Shown: positions 47,279 through 57,444 of the stretch, piece after piece
Position numbering within the stretch: the stretch's first letter is position 1
Layout: each line of letters opens with the position of its first letter
Assembly (NCBI GenBank): GCA_003669585.1
Contig: QWOQ01000014.1
Span: 21,069-85,068, forward strand
Length of the DNA: 64,000 bases
Source of the DNA: Planctomycetota bacterium
GTDB lineage: Bacteria > Planctomycetota > Planctomycetia > Pirellulales > UBA1268
Reading direction: 5' to 3'
Notes under the pieces: model-generated
The model's input: the letters and a program-made list of their open reading frames with translations, nothing else
What the model was told of the DNA's origin: nothing
Database searches by the model: none
Program-made: the position numbers and the translations under genes

Positions 47279-49453
47279 ATGTCCAGTGCTCGCTCTAGTG
47301 CCATTGCCGCCATTAACAACTACCAGTCTCAGGGAAAAGCGTGGAGCTTTCGAGAAACGCCAACGAGCGAGATTTTCGGTTCCAACGTGTTCAATGCATC
47401 GGTGATGAAAGACCGATTACCGAAGAGTGTCTATAAAGCCCTTCAGGCTACGATCAAACAGGGCAAGCAGATTGACTCAGGTATTGCCGATGCGGTTGCT
47501 CTGGCAATGAAGGACTGGGCGATCGAAAAAGGCGCGACGCACTACGCACACGTGTTCTATCCACTGACCGGCCTGACCGCTGAAAAGCACGACAGTTTTT
47601 TGATGCCCACCGGCGATGGTGACGCGATCGCTGAGTTTTCCGGGAATGAACTCATTCAGGGTGAACCGGATGCATCAAGCTTTCCATCGGGCGGACTCCG
47701 TGCAACGTTTGAAGCCCGCGGCTATACCGCGTGGGATCCGACAAGTCCCGCATATATTCTTGATAATCCCAACGGTACGACGCTCTGCATCCCCACGGCT
47801 TTTTGTTCCTGGACCGGCGAAGCTCTCGATAAAAAAACGCCACTGTTGCGATCGATGCAAGCCATTGACAAGCAGGCTCGGCGGGTGCTTGAACTCTTTG
47901 GCCATAAAGATGTTGGTCAAGTTTCAGCATCGGCTGGGCCTGAACAGGAATATTTCCTCATCGATCGAAACTTTTATTTTGCCCGGCCAGACTTGGTTGT
48001 TACGGGCCGCACGCTCTTTGGCGCTCGGCCCCCCAAAGGCCAGGAATTCGAAGATCAGTACTTTGGGGCCATTCCCGAACGCGTGCTGGCGTGCATGCTC
48101 GATGCCGAACGCGAGCTTTACAAACTGGGCGTTCCTGTAAAAACCCGTCACAACGAAGTTGCTCCGGGACAATATGAAATTGCGCCGGTCTACGAAAATG
48201 CGAATATTGCAACCGATCATCAGCACATGATCATGCAAACTCTGACAAGGGTGGCACAAAAATACGGCATGGCGTGCCTGTTGCATGAAAAACCGTTTGC
48301 TGGAATTAACGGTTCAGGAAAACATGTGAACTGGTCGGTTGGTTGGAAGCTTGGAAACCTGCTCGAACCGGGCGAGAGCCCGCATGCAAACGCACAGTTT
48401 TTAGTTTTCTGTGCCGCAGTCATTCGTGCAGTTCATCTTCACAGTGACGTTCTTCGCGCAGTTGTTGCTGCCAGCGGCAATGATCACCGCCTGGGTGCCA
48501 ATGAGGCGCCTCCGGCAATCATTTCAATTTTTCTCGGCGAACAACTCTCCGACGTGTTCGAGCAAATTGAGAATGGAAAAGCAACCAGCAGCAAGGCCTC
48601 CGGTACGCTCACTGTTGGAGTCGATACCCTGCCGCCGCTTCCCAAGCACGCTGGGGATCGCAATCGCACGAGCCCATTTGCTTTCACTGGAAACAAGTTT
48701 GAGTTTCGAGCCGTTGGCGCAAGCCAGTCGATCGCAGGGCCGCTGGTGGCCCTCAACACAATCGTGGCAGAAAGTCTTGACCACATTGCGAACGAACTTG
48801 AAAAGGCTACTGGCGGAGATTTGGAAAAACTCAATGCCGCACTCGAAAAACTTCTTCAGAAAACGATTTCTGAACACAAGGCGGTGATCTTCAACGGCAA
48901 CGGTTATTCGAAGGAGTGGCACGACGAGGCAGCGTCTCGCGGTCTGCCCAATTTGCGAGCAACTCCCGAAGCACTTCAGGTGCTCATCAGCCAGAAAAAT
49001 CTCAAACTTTTTGAGAAGTACGGCGTTTTGTCAGAGCGTGAGATGCGAAGCCGCTATGAAATTTATATGGAACGATATTGCAAGGACATCAATGCCGAGG
49101 GGCAAGCTGCCTTGTCAATTGCGAGAACCATGATTCTCCCGGCCGGCTACCGCTATCAGGGTGAACTTGTGGATATTGCCGTAAAGCTCACAAGCATTGG
49201 AAAGACTGTTCACATCGGCACGCTCGACAAGTTGACGGTGCTAGTGGGGTCGATTGAAGAAAAAATTGCATCACTTGAAAAAGTACTCGAGCACAGTGGT
49301 TCAACAGATGTTGCCGCGGAAGCCAAGCACTTTCACGACCGCGTTCTTCCAGCCATGAGCGCACTGCGAGAAGTGGCAGATCAACTTGAAACTATTGTGC
49401 CAGATGATCTCTGGCCGCTTCCGTCGTATCGCGAGATGCTCTTTATTAAGTAG
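47279..49453 (+). CDS. glnN: Glutamine synthetase type III
   Basis: The ORF is open from 47045. ATG at 47279 gives a 724-aa protein. [15 protein letters not shown]...[23 protein letters not shown]...[21 protein letters not shown]...[10 protein letters not shown]...[18 protein letters not shown] is a typical GSIII pattern. Confidence 0.9.
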   Translation: MSSARSSAIAAINNYQSQGKAWSFRETPTSEIFGSNVFNASVMKDRLPKSVYKALQATIKQGKQIDSGIADAVALAMKDWAIEKGATHYAHVFYPLTGLTAEKHDSFLMPTGDGDAIAEFSGNELIQGEPDASSFPSGGLRATFEARGYTAWDPTSPAYILDNPNGTTLCIPTAFCSWTGEALDKKTPLLRSMQAIDKQARRVLELFGHKDVGQVSASAGPEQEYFLIDRNFYFARPDLVVTGRTLFGARPPKGQEFEDQYFGAIPERVLACMLDAERELYKLGVPVKTRHNEVAPGQYEIAPVYENANIATDHQHMIMQTLTRVAQKYGMACLLHEKPFAGINGSGKHVNWSVGWKLGNLLEPGESPHANAQFLVFCAAVIRAVHLHSDVLRAVVAASGNDHRLGANEAPPAIISIFLGEQLSDVFEQIENGKATSSKASGTLTVGVDTLPPLPKHAGDRNRTSPFAFTGNKFEFRAVGASQSIAGPLVALNTIVAESLDHIANELEKATGGDLEKLNAALEKLLQKTISEHKAVIFNGNGYSKEWHDEAASRGLPNLRATPEALQVLISQKNLKLFEKYGVLSEREMRSRYEIYMERYCKDINAEGQAALSIARTMILPAGYRYQGELVDIAVKLTSIGKTVHIGTLDKLTVLVGSIEEKIASLEKVLEHSGSTDVAAEAKHFHDRVLPAMSALREVADQLETIVPDDLWPLPSYREMLFIK

Positions 49454-49498
49454 GGATGCGAGTGTTTCTAGCCACTGACGATATTCGAAAGATTTTTA

Positions 49499-49540
49499 CG
49501 GGACCGTAGGGCATTTTGTTCTACGGTCCCGGTTTATTTC
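49499..49540 (+). terminator. Rho-independent terminator downstream of glnN
   Basis: Perfect 11-bp stem cgggaccgtag (49499-49509) pairs with ctacggtcccg (49521-49531) around an 11-nt loop. It is followed by gtttatttc. Confidence 0.65.
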
Positions 49541-49592
49541 GAGGCACCACCCCAGACAAAACCTCTTCAAAAACAATAATGGAACCGATACT

Positions 49593-50273
49593 GTGACGCT
49601 CGAGGCAATAGTTTCAGCTGAAAAAATTTCTGCAATGGCGAACCAGTTAGGCCTTTCTATTCGGGAAGAGTCGTTGGCGGGCCTGGCAGAATATGCCGCC
49701 AAACTCTGGGAATGGAATACAAAGCTCAATCTCACCCGCCACACGGATGTCGAAAAATTTGTATCCCGCGATGTGGCCGATTCACTTTCGATGATTCCTT
49801 TTCTTGAACAGGGCAGTCGCGTGCTCGATGTGGGAACAGGAGGGGGCGTTCCTGGCGTGATTCTGGCTCTTCTTCGTCCAGATCTTCGTGTGGAACTGTG
49901 CGACAGCGTTGCCAAACGGGCAAAAGCTGTGAGTGCCATTGTTGACGAGATTGGGCTAGGCATTGCGGTGCATGCCATGCCGGCGCAATTGGTCGTTCAA
50001 GCCCATGAATTTGATGTACTCGTCGTTCGAGCAGTGGCGCCGTTGATAAAACTTCTCACGTGGTTTGAGCCTTTGGCAGACCGGTTTGAAAAGATGCTGG
50101 TCATCAAAGGGCCGCGTTGGGAGGAAGAACGCAAAGAAGCCAGACACTACGGATACAGTAAGAAAGTGACCGTGCGACGGATTGCCGCATGGCCCATTCA
50201 AGGCAGTGACAATCAGAGCGTGCTCCTCGATATCCGCCGGCGTGTTATCCAACCACCAGCGACTCGCGAATAA
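49593..50273 (+). CDS. rsmG: 16S rRNA (guanine527-N7)-methyltransferase RsmG (GidB)
   Basis: 226 aa with a GTG start. WNTKLNLTR...HVADSL...VLDVGTGGGVPGVILA...VVRAVAPL. Confidence 0.85.
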   Translation: MTLEAIVSAEKISAMANQLGLSIREESLAGLAEYAAKLWEWNTKLNLTRHTDVEKFVSRDVADSLSMIPFLEQGSRVLDVGTGGGVPGVILALLRPDLRVELCDSVAKRAKAVSAIVDEIGLGIAVHAMPAQLVVQAHEFDVLVVRAVAPLIKLLTWFEPLADRFEKMLVIKGPRWEEERKEARHYGYSKKVTVRRIAAWPIQGSDNQSVLLDIRRRVIQPPATRE

Positions 50274-50309
50274 AAGACGAGTCGGCTCGAAATTTCTTAC
50301 ATCGAGATA

Positions 50310-50807
50310 TTAGAGATTCATTCCTAAATAACCGCCAGCGGCGTCGCTCACTGCTTGCTCGCGCGCGAGCCTTTCGAGAGCTCTGGAAAGGTCCCCGGCA
50401 GCAATGTATCGGTCAAATTCGACCTCGACGGCGCGTTTTGCTGAAAGAGTCAGCCATTGCACTGCCGGCTGCGTAAGCCAGTCGCATGTCTCTTTGTCGA
50501 GCAGAATCGTCAGATCACTCCCAACTGTTTTTGAGTCTTTTTCATCGGTGAGGAGCGTTCCCTCAAAGACAAACTGAATCATTCCATCACTGGCATGATT
50601 GGTAAGCCGAAACGTACAGATCCCACTCCGCAGGTAATATGCATGTCGAGTTCCATGTCGGGAAACGGCTTGCTGCAAGCTCATCAATCGCTTTTGAAAA
50701 ACGGGTGATGCATCAAGTGGAATATCGAGTCGCGCAACTCCTCGAAGTGGAATGCATTCAAAAGAGACAATCACAGATGGATTTATTTCAGTCGTATTCA
50801 TATTCAT
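50310..50807 (-). CDS. Hypothetical protein
   Basis: 165-aa ORF between rsmG and apbE. No recognised motif. It overlaps only the implausible 5' extension of the apbE ORF. Confidence 0.45.
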   Translation of the reverse strand: MNMNTTEINPSVIVSFECIPLRGVARLDIPLDASPVFQKRLMSLQQAVSRHGTRHAYYLRSGICTFRLTNHASDGMIQFVFEGTLLTDEKDSKTVGSDLTILLDKETCDWLTQPAVQWLTLSAKRAVEVEFDRYIAAGDLSRALERLAREQAVSDAAGGYLGMNL

Positions 50808-50956
50808 GGTCTCACAGTCTAGCCAACCTCGATAGGCGAAGACACACCATCGCGCGGGCGTTTTTTTTAGTTCCTGCCGCCCGATCCGAAAATCGACCCG
50901 TTCCCTGTGAATTGTGTCATGCAGAGGCAGAGCCGTCGCAAGGAGTTCATCGATTA

Positions 50957-52084
50957 TTGGCAGGGGAAACTCTTTTCAGATGCCGGCTTCAAAAGCTCCT
51001 CTTCTCAATAGTTCTTGCGATTGCAGGAGTTTCTGGTTGCTCTCATCACGATAAAGATCGCCTCGATCACAGCAGGCCTGCGACAGTTGTTCGATCAGAT
51101 CTCCAGGCAGTCGAAACAGATCTCGTCAAAGAGTCTATGTCGCAGAGGCATATGGGTCTTCCATGGTTGATTACTGTTTTTGCAACTGATTCGGCAACCG
51201 GACAGTCTGCTGCCATGGCAGCCTTTCGTGAAGTTGCCAGACTCAATAAAGTTCTTTCTGATTACGATTCCGAAGCTGAACTGTTTCAGTTGTCAGACAA
51301 AACGAATCTCCCGCACTACGTTCCATCGCATGTGTTCGTCAGCGAGGATCTCTTCCAGGTTCTTCGGTTGTCAATCGATTTTCACTCGAAGACTCGGGCC
51401 GCGTTTGATCCAACAGTCGGCCCGCTTACCACACTCTGGAGGCAATCTCGTCGATCGGGACGAATGCCTGTTCCTGAAAAACTCTCCGCTGCACTCGAAT
51501 CGGTTGGAGTTGATGCCATTGTGCTCGACGCTCATCAAAAATCCGTACTGCTGACCAAGCCAAAGATGCGATTAGATTTTGGAGGAATTGGTGTTGGATA
51601 TGCGATCGATCGAGCGATGGATGTACTTCGTCATCATGGAATTCGCTCGGCAATGATTGAGGCTTCAGGCGACATTGCCGTTTCGCTACCGCCACCGGGC
51701 CAGAATGCTTGGCGAATTGCAATTGCTCCGCTGAATCCCAAAGAGCCTTCCCAGGAGGCCATTTTGCTTGTCAATGCGGCCATTACAACTTCAGGCGATG
51801 CCTTTCAGGCAGCCGAGATCGACGGCATTCGATACAGCCATATCGTCGATCCTCGCACCGGTCTGGGAACGCGTGGGCCTACTGCGGTCACAGTGATTGC
51901 CAAAGACTGCACAACCGCCGATGCGCTGGCTACTGCACTGACAGTCTTGGGCCATACTGAAGCCGTCGAGGTCCTGCCTGACTTTGAGGACGTTTCAGCG
52001 AGATTTGTCTGGATGGATGGTGGCAATGTGAATCACTTTGAATCGTTGCATTGGCCCCAGAGCGTTCCCTTCAACCAACCCTAA
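50957..52084 (+). CDS. apbE: FAD:protein FMN transferase (ApbE family), probable lipoprotein
   Basis: The ORF is open from 50639. I prefer the in-frame TTG at 50957, 11 nt after AAGGAG, giving MAGETLFRCRLQKLLFSIVLAIAGVSGC (lipobox). ApbE motifs FDPTVGPL, DFGGIGVGYAID, AITTSGD and HIVDPRTG. Confidence 0.75.
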   Translation: MAGETLFRCRLQKLLFSIVLAIAGVSGCSHHDKDRLDHSRPATVVRSDLQAVETDLVKESMSQRHMGLPWLITVFATDSATGQSAAMAAFREVARLNKVLSDYDSEAELFQLSDKTNLPHYVPSHVFVSEDLFQVLRLSIDFHSKTRAAFDPTVGPLTTLWRQSRRSGRMPVPEKLSAALESVGVDAIVLDAHQKSVLLTKPKMRLDFGGIGVGYAIDRAMDVLRHHGIRSAMIEASGDIAVSLPPPGQNAWRIAIAPLNPKEPSQEAILLVNAAITTSGDAFQAAEIDGIRYSHIVDPRTGLGTRGPTAVTVIAKDCTTADALATALTVLGHTEAVEVLPDFEDVSARFVWMDGGNVNHFESLHWPQSVPFNQP

Positions 52085-52487
52085 GATTGCACCAGAGCGA
52101 CACATGCACCGATCGACTCTCGCCGTTGGTATCGCATGACAATGCATCCGGAAGCCAAGTTGTTTCACCCATCAACAGTTCGAGTTGCTGCAAGTTTGTT
52201 TTCCCATTTTGCCCTGCTTTTCCAGACCTAGACAGAGTGCCTGGCATTTTGTGAAACAGGGAAGACTTTTCTGATTAGACCCAAGTCTAACGATGAGGCA
52301 GTCGATACCAGTTGTGCTGTCGCTGCGCCTTGGGTGCGCTCATGAAAACTGACGATTGCGGAGTCGGGGGGCCCCGCAGTCGAGCACCACTTAATCCTAG
52401 GCAGTGCGCCACCCTAGGCGTAGCGGCAGTCCTTTTTTGAATGTTTCTCACACTCACCGATTCACGCGATTGAGCGAGCCCCTAATA

Positions 52488-54770
52488 ATGTCTCGAACAC
52501 TCAAAGTTCTTTGGGTTCTATTGACGAGTCTTTCGCTCGTTGGGAGCGGATGCGCACCGAGGCAACCATTTTATTTTTTCGAAGATGGCGATCTTTCGCA
52601 CTACGTAGGAGTCGTTCAAAAACTCGAATACCCAGATCTCGACGCTCAACCACTCGATGAAGCTGCTGGCACGCTTGAGCCGTTGACACTTTCCAATCCA
52701 AATTTTGACAAGGTATGGGAACTGTCGCTTGAAGAGGCCACTCGAACCGCGCTCGAAAATGGGAAAATCCTTCGAAACCTCGGTGGCCGCTTTGCAAGCT
52801 TTGGTGGACCAAGGCCACAGACCGGTGAACCAGCGGTGTCGCTGCTGACCAATCCCGAAGCGACTCCCTCGATCTACGATCCGGGCATTGCTGAAAGCGA
52901 TCCGTTTCGAGGCGTTGAAAGTGCTCTGTCAGCGTTTGACGCGCAGCTCTCGAGCAGCACCACATGGGAATACGGAAATCGACCTCAAAACGTAGATCCA
53001 TTCTTTCAAACATTTCTATTCGTACCAGTGCTCAGAACCACGACAGGCACCACGACCACTGGAATTTCAAAACGCACGGCCACTGGTGCACAGTTCGGCA
53101 TGTCCAACAGCATTATCTCGAATAACACCAATAATGCGTTTCGAGATGTCGACACCACATGGACGACTTCGTATGACTTTACATTCAATCAACCGCTCTT
53201 GCAGGGAGCTGGCTTGAACTACAACCGCATCGCCGGGCCAGATTCATTCGATAATCTTTTGGGAAGACCAAACTTTCGCGGCGTGCTCTTGGCCCGAATC
53301 AATGCCGATATTTCACTGGCTGATTTTGAGGCGGGTGTTCGAAATCTTGTGAGTGACGTTGAGCAATCGTACTGGGAACTCTACTTTTCGTACCGTAATC
53401 TCGAAGCGACCAAGGCGGGTCGCGATAGCTCACTTGAATCGTGGCGCAAAGTGCATGCGCTCTATGTGGAACAATCACGAGGCGGCGAGGCCGATAAAGA
53501 AGCGCAGGCTCGCGAGCAGTATTTTTCTTTTCGTGGTGAGGTTGAGCAGTCGCTCACCGATGTCTATCGAGCCGAAAATCGACTCCGTTATATGATGGGA
53601 ATTAGTTCGAGCGATGGTCGACTCATTCGTCCATCAGACGAACCCACCACTGCACGAATCTCATTTGATTGGCAGCAATCGCTCGTTGAGGCACTCTCTC
53701 GCTCGGCGGAATTGCGCAAACAAAAGTGGCGTGTGAAACAACGTGAACTCGAACTCACCGCCGCCAAGAATCTGCTTCTGCCGAGGCTCGATGTCGGCGG
53801 CAGGTGGCGGTTTTTGGGTGTCGGTGAACAACTCGTCAACCAAGACTACCAACCCTACCCACAGTCTGGCGCGACTCCCGCAATTCCAGCGGCAGTAACA
53901 TTTAATGGAACGGATGCGTATTCTTCGATGCTCAGCGGTCGCTTTCAGGAATGGCAGGCCCAGGCCCAGTTTTTAATGCCGATCGGCTTCAGGCGCGAGC
54001 TTTCAACGGTGCGAAACTTTCAGTTGCAGGTCGCCCGTGAAAAGGCCCGACTGCAGGACGAAGAACTCGAGGTATCTCACGCACTGGTCGAATCAGTACG
54101 CAACGTCGACACAAATTTTGCCTTGTCTCAAACCAATTTCAATCGTCGCGTCGCCGCAGAGAAACAGGTGGATGCCGTACAGGCAGCCTACGATGCAGGC
54201 ACGATCACACTCGACCAGCTTCTCGATGCACAGCGTCGCCGGGCTGTTGCGGAGAGTTCTTATTACCGTTCACTCGTCGACTACAATCGGTCCATATCAC
54301 AGCTCCACTATCGCAAGGGATCGCTGCTGGAATACAACGGCGTCTATCTCTCGGAAGGTCCGTGGCCAGGCAAAGCCTATTTTGATGCCCATCGTCGGGC
54401 ACGCCAGAGAGATGCCAGCTTGTATCTCGACTACCGACATTCCAAACCCGGAGTCTTCAGCCGCGGTCCGATTACACAGGATTTCGGTTCGATCGGTGCC
54501 GATCCCAAGGCAGTCCAACTGCCGCCGCGCGATCCAGCGACAAAGGATGACGAGTATCAATCTCCTGTAAAAAGCGACATGTCTTCACCAGAGGTCTTAC
54601 CGACGCCGGCCGAACGACCCGATCAGACATCTCAACACACGCCGCCATCAAACACCAATCGGGACGATGCAGTTCGCGTAACTGCCGATTGGAAAAGCCC
54701 GGGTCTTTCAGCTGGCCGACTTTTGAGTGATCCAGATGCTGCAGTGGCTACTGAAATCGTCACTCGGTAG
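52488..54770 (+). CDS. TolC-like outer membrane efflux protein (OEP family) with extended C-terminal tail
   Basis: The ORF is open from 52404. ATG at 52488 gives MSRTLKVLWVLLTSLSLVGSGC (lipobox). Two OEP-like repeats (LSLEEATRTALENG...; ...AAKNLLLPRLDVGG...AYDAGTITLDQLLDAQRRRAVAESSYYRSLVDYNRSISQLHYRKG). The last ~130 aa are a Pro/Asp-rich tail. Confidence 0.75.
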   Translation: MSRTLKVLWVLLTSLSLVGSGCAPRQPFYFFEDGDLSHYVGVVQKLEYPDLDAQPLDEAAGTLEPLTLSNPNFDKVWELSLEEATRTALENGKILRNLGGRFASFGGPRPQTGEPAVSLLTNPEATPSIYDPGIAESDPFRGVESALSAFDAQLSSSTTWEYGNRPQNVDPFFQTFLFVPVLRTTTGTTTTGISKRTATGAQFGMSNSIISNNTNNAFRDVDTTWTTSYDFTFNQPLLQGAGLNYNRIAGPDSFDNLLGRPNFRGVLLARINADISLADFEAGVRNLVSDVEQSYWELYFSYRNLEATKAGRDSSLESWRKVHALYVEQSRGGEADKEAQAREQYFSFRGEVEQSLTDVYRAENRLRYMMGISSSDGRLIRPSDEPTTARISFDWQQSLVEALSRSAELRKQKWRVKQRELELTAAKNLLLPRLDVGGRWRFLGVGEQLVNQDYQPYPQSGATPAIPAAVTFNGTDAYSSMLSGRFQEWQAQAQFLMPIGFRRELSTVRNFQLQVAREKARLQDEELEVSHALVESVRNVDTNFALSQTNFNRRVAAEKQVDAVQAAYDAGTITLDQLLDAQRRRAVAESSYYRSLVDYNRSISQLHYRKGSLLEYNGVYLSEGPWPGKAYFDAHRRARQRDASLYLDYRHSKPGVFSRGPITQDFGSIGADPKAVQLPPRDPATKDDEYQSPVKSDMSSPEVLPTPAERPDQTSQHTPPSNTNRDDAVRVTADWKSPGLSAGRLLSDPDAAVATEIVTR

Positions 54771-54789
54771 CCGCGTGGCAATACCGACA

Positions 54790-55998
54790 CTATGAAGCCC
54801 GGGGCAGGGCTGCCGCAGCAATCGCTTGCTGGAGTTTAACCGAATCGATTTTTCGAATAGCTTCCAAGTGTTCACTGGCTGCTGGAAGTGGACAGGCCGA
54901 TAGATATCCGGCAACCGCGCGGCGGATCATGACATCGTCGCTGCCTAGCGATTGCCAAAGCAAAGCCACCTCATCGATTGATTTCCAGTATTGCATTCGT
55001 GCAAGATCCACCACGGTATCGGCCGAAACAGCAGGAGCATGAATCAGGCGGGCGGTTGCTTCCGCGATCTGATCCTGCGCGATCCAAGCACCAAGATACT
55101 CGTGCCCAAATCGCAAAGCAGAGAGGAGGTGACGTTGATCGGTTGCTCGAGCGCGTTTATTGAAAAGCCCCAATTCAACAAATTCCTGAAGACCTTTCTC
55201 GCCTTCACCGACAAGCAATCCTGCAAGCAAGCCGTCGAATCCTGCGCGAAAATCATCGGCCGGTTTTCGAATTTCCGTACGAAGCGTTTCCAGACACGCT
55301 TCCTTCAGGTTTATGTCGGTCGTTTTGTGAGCCACACAGCCAAGAGCCAAACCGTAAAAACCCCGTCGACGCTGACGAACACCGACTTCTCCAACCCATT
55401 GCTGAAGTTTGATTGGATCAAATGAATCGAATGCTTCTAGAACTGCTTCAAACGGTGCCTGACCAAATTCCGCAAACGCATCGTCTGCAATTACTTGATC
55501 GAAGTGCTCCAGTCGGCTTGAAAACCATCGCAGTCGCTCGACAGCAGGCAGTGAAGTGTCTGGCGCGAGGGCCACGTAAGCCAGAAGGCCTTCATCGGCC
55601 GGCATCGCCTGCCAATCGAGTTCAGCGGGAAAGTCGGCACGCGTCTGCGTTCCAAAAAGCAGTGCAGTGCCATGGATCGGAGATCGAACCCGTGCAACGA
55701 CGTCGCCGGTGGGTGAGGAAAATTTTCCACGAAGCACCTGTAGTACGAGCAATCGTTGCAGGTTATCGACGGGGGGAAGAATCGAATCTCCGACCGCGGT
55801 GACATCTACGTGGTCTCGAACTTCCGCGAGTGGCTGGCCAACCACTCCACAAAATGGACAGGCTTCCAAAAGAAATACGTTTGTACTGCCATGCATTACA
55901 AGCATCAGGTACAAAATGCTTTGGGGCGCGCCTGCTCGGAGGATTCGACACCATTCAAAAATTCGACGATGCTTCATCCGCGTTGGAAAATATTTCAT
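54790..55998 (-). CDS. Uncharacterised CPFC/ACPLP-motif protein, paralog 2 (helical-repeat-like)
   Basis: 402 aa. ATG 55998-55996 overlaps the upstream TGA as ATGA. N-terminal hydrophobic segment, then EACPFC (55849-55860). C-terminal YLSACPLPAASEHLEAIRKID. Clearly paralogous to the 57445-59046 product. Confidence 0.6.
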   Translation of the reverse strand: MKYFPTRMKHRRIFEWCRILRAGAPQSILYLMLVMHGSTNVFLLEACPFCGVVGQPLAEVRDHVDVTAVGDSILPPVDNLQRLLVLQVLRGKFSSPTGDVVARVRSPIHGTALLFGTQTRADFPAELDWQAMPADEGLLAYVALAPDTSLPAVERLRWFSSRLEHFDQVIADDAFAEFGQAPFEAVLEAFDSFDPIKLQQWVGEVGVRQRRRGFYGLALGCVAHKTTDINLKEACLETLRTEIRKPADDFRAGFDGLLAGLLVGEGEKGLQEFVELGLFNKRARATDQRHLLSALRFGHEYLGAWIAQDQIAEATARLIHAPAVSADTVVDLARMQYWKSIDEVALLWQSLGSDDVMIRRAVAGYLSACPLPAASEHLEAIRKIDSVKLQQAIAAAALPRAS

Positions 55999-56597
55999 CG
56001 AACGGCCTCACCGTCCATTGAATAAATGGCCAAGTGATTGCCATCGGGACCTTTGAGTTCTGTGATTCTAAAAATACCGGTCACAGCCACGGGTCGAATT
56101 GAAAAACTGGTCGAAGTTCCAACATTCATACGCACAACAATGCAGTCATAGAGCGCCGCACCCGGTCCAAAGCAGCATTCCATATTGTCACGCACAAGCA
56201 CAAACTGCGTGAGTCCGTTTTGCTGAAAACTCGGGAGAATATAACCGCGAATTCTGACTCTTCGACCCTCAAACGCCTCGATTGTGGGTGGTATAAGTTC
56301 GCGATGAAACGGCGAACCTTTCTCAAGATCAAACTTGACATCATCAAACGATAGTTCGATTGGTCGGCCAGCGTCTGACTGTCGAGGTATCACCGCAGGC
56401 TTTTCCGAAACATCTGCCGTGGGTAATTGTGAAACTGTTTCGGACTGCGATGGCAGGAGACGCGAGGCGGCAGGTTCTTGCGTTGAAAGAGAAGAATGTC
56501 CCGAAGGATTGCCGCAGCCATTGAGCACAACAACGACTGAGAGAAACAGTGGCAGAAGCAATGGTCTGCGTGAGCCGAATAAAGAGCGAAAATCCAT
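55995..56597 (-). CDS. DUF3299-like (CCFG motif) lipoprotein, paralog 2
   Basis: The ORF is open to 56780. ATG 56597-56595 overlaps the upstream TAA as TAATG and gives MDFRSLFGSRRPLLLPLFLSVVVVLNGC (lipobox). C-terminal domain GRRVRIRGYILP...QFVLVRDNMECCFGPG. Confidence 0.65.
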   Translation of the reverse strand: MDFRSLFGSRRPLLLPLFLSVVVVLNGCGNPSGHSSLSTQEPAASRLLPSQSETVSQLPTADVSEKPAVIPRQSDAGRPIELSFDDVKFDLEKGSPFHRELIPPTIEAFEGRRVRIRGYILPSFQQNGLTQFVLVRDNMECCFGPGAALYDCIVVRMNVGTSTSFSIRPVAVTGIFRITELKGPDGNHLAIYSMDGEAVR

Positions 56598-57286
56598 TAT
56601 CGCACGACAGCATTTTCGATGTGGTAATAGACGCCGCCCTCCATCGCTGAAAGACCTGTGTCGCGAACTGAAAATCGGCCTGCAACTTTTGTCATTCCAG
56701 CAGAAAACGAGATCCCATTCGGGTCCTGAAGTTGCACAAGAACTCGATCGGTAATTTTCGGATTGCCGCCAAAGCAACAATCTCCCTGATCCCGAACCAG
56801 CAGGAATTGCACGATGCCACGAGTCTGATCTCCCGGATACATATAGCCCTTGAGAAGCACTTCTTTTCCATGAAACGCGAGGGCAGCATCTGGAATGGCA
56901 TAGTCTGGATCGCCTTCAAGCGGCTGAAGATCGGAGTAGCTGAGTCGCTCGAAACCTTCCGGAAGTTCGGCAACGTAGATCATGGTTTGATAGGAAAGAC
57001 CTCCTAGCAAGAACACTGCCGACAGGCTTGCTCCGCCGATGGCAAGCGGAATTCCTGCGAGTTGTTGTGGGCGATCGAGAATATGCAGCCACGCAAGAAG
57101 CCCGAAGACAAATCCGAGTATTGGCACGATTGCAAACCACCAGCCGGCAAAACAGAGCGGTGAAAGTATCGCGAGCACAACACTTGCAATCGCAAGTCTG
57201 CTGTAGGCGAGATATTCAGGCGTTTCGTCGAACGCGGAATCTGGCAGCGTGCGGCGATCGACGAAAGAAGTTGCCATGGCGTTCAT
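56597..57286 (-). CDS. DUF3299-like (CCFG motif) protein with N-terminal polytopic membrane anchor, paralog 1
   Basis: 229 aa. About 3 TM helices (residues ~30-105), then GKEVLLKGYMYP...QFLLVRDQGDCCFGGN, which aligns with the downstream paralog. Confidence 0.65.
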   Translation of the reverse strand: MNAMATSFVDRRTLPDSAFDETPEYLAYSRLAIASVVLAILSPLCFAGWWFAIVPILGFVFGLLAWLHILDRPQQLAGIPLAIGGASLSAVFLLGGLSYQTMIYVAELPEGFERLSYSDLQPLEGDPDYAIPDAALAFHGKEVLLKGYMYPGDQTRGIVQFLLVRDQGDCCFGGNPKITDRVLVQLQDPNGISFSAGMTKVAGRFSVRDTGLSAMEGGVYYHIENAVVR

Positions 57287-57444
57287 GTGAAAAGAGCGAG
57301 CTGAAAACAGTGGCGGTCGACGGTGTCGTCTTTCAGAAGTCTACCGCCACAAACGCTAAAAATCTTTCGGTCTATTTGTTCACGATCGCTTTTGATGTCG
57401 AGAAGCTGGCGAACGGACGCTTCTCCCGCAAAAAATACGGCTTG

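Noticed and set aside
50639-50956. 5' extension of the apbE ORF that overlaps the opposite-strand gene 50310-50807
   Set aside because: An in-frame TTG at 50957, preceded by AAGGAG, yields a proper lipoprotein signal. The extension would place about 100 non-homologous residues before the signal peptide.
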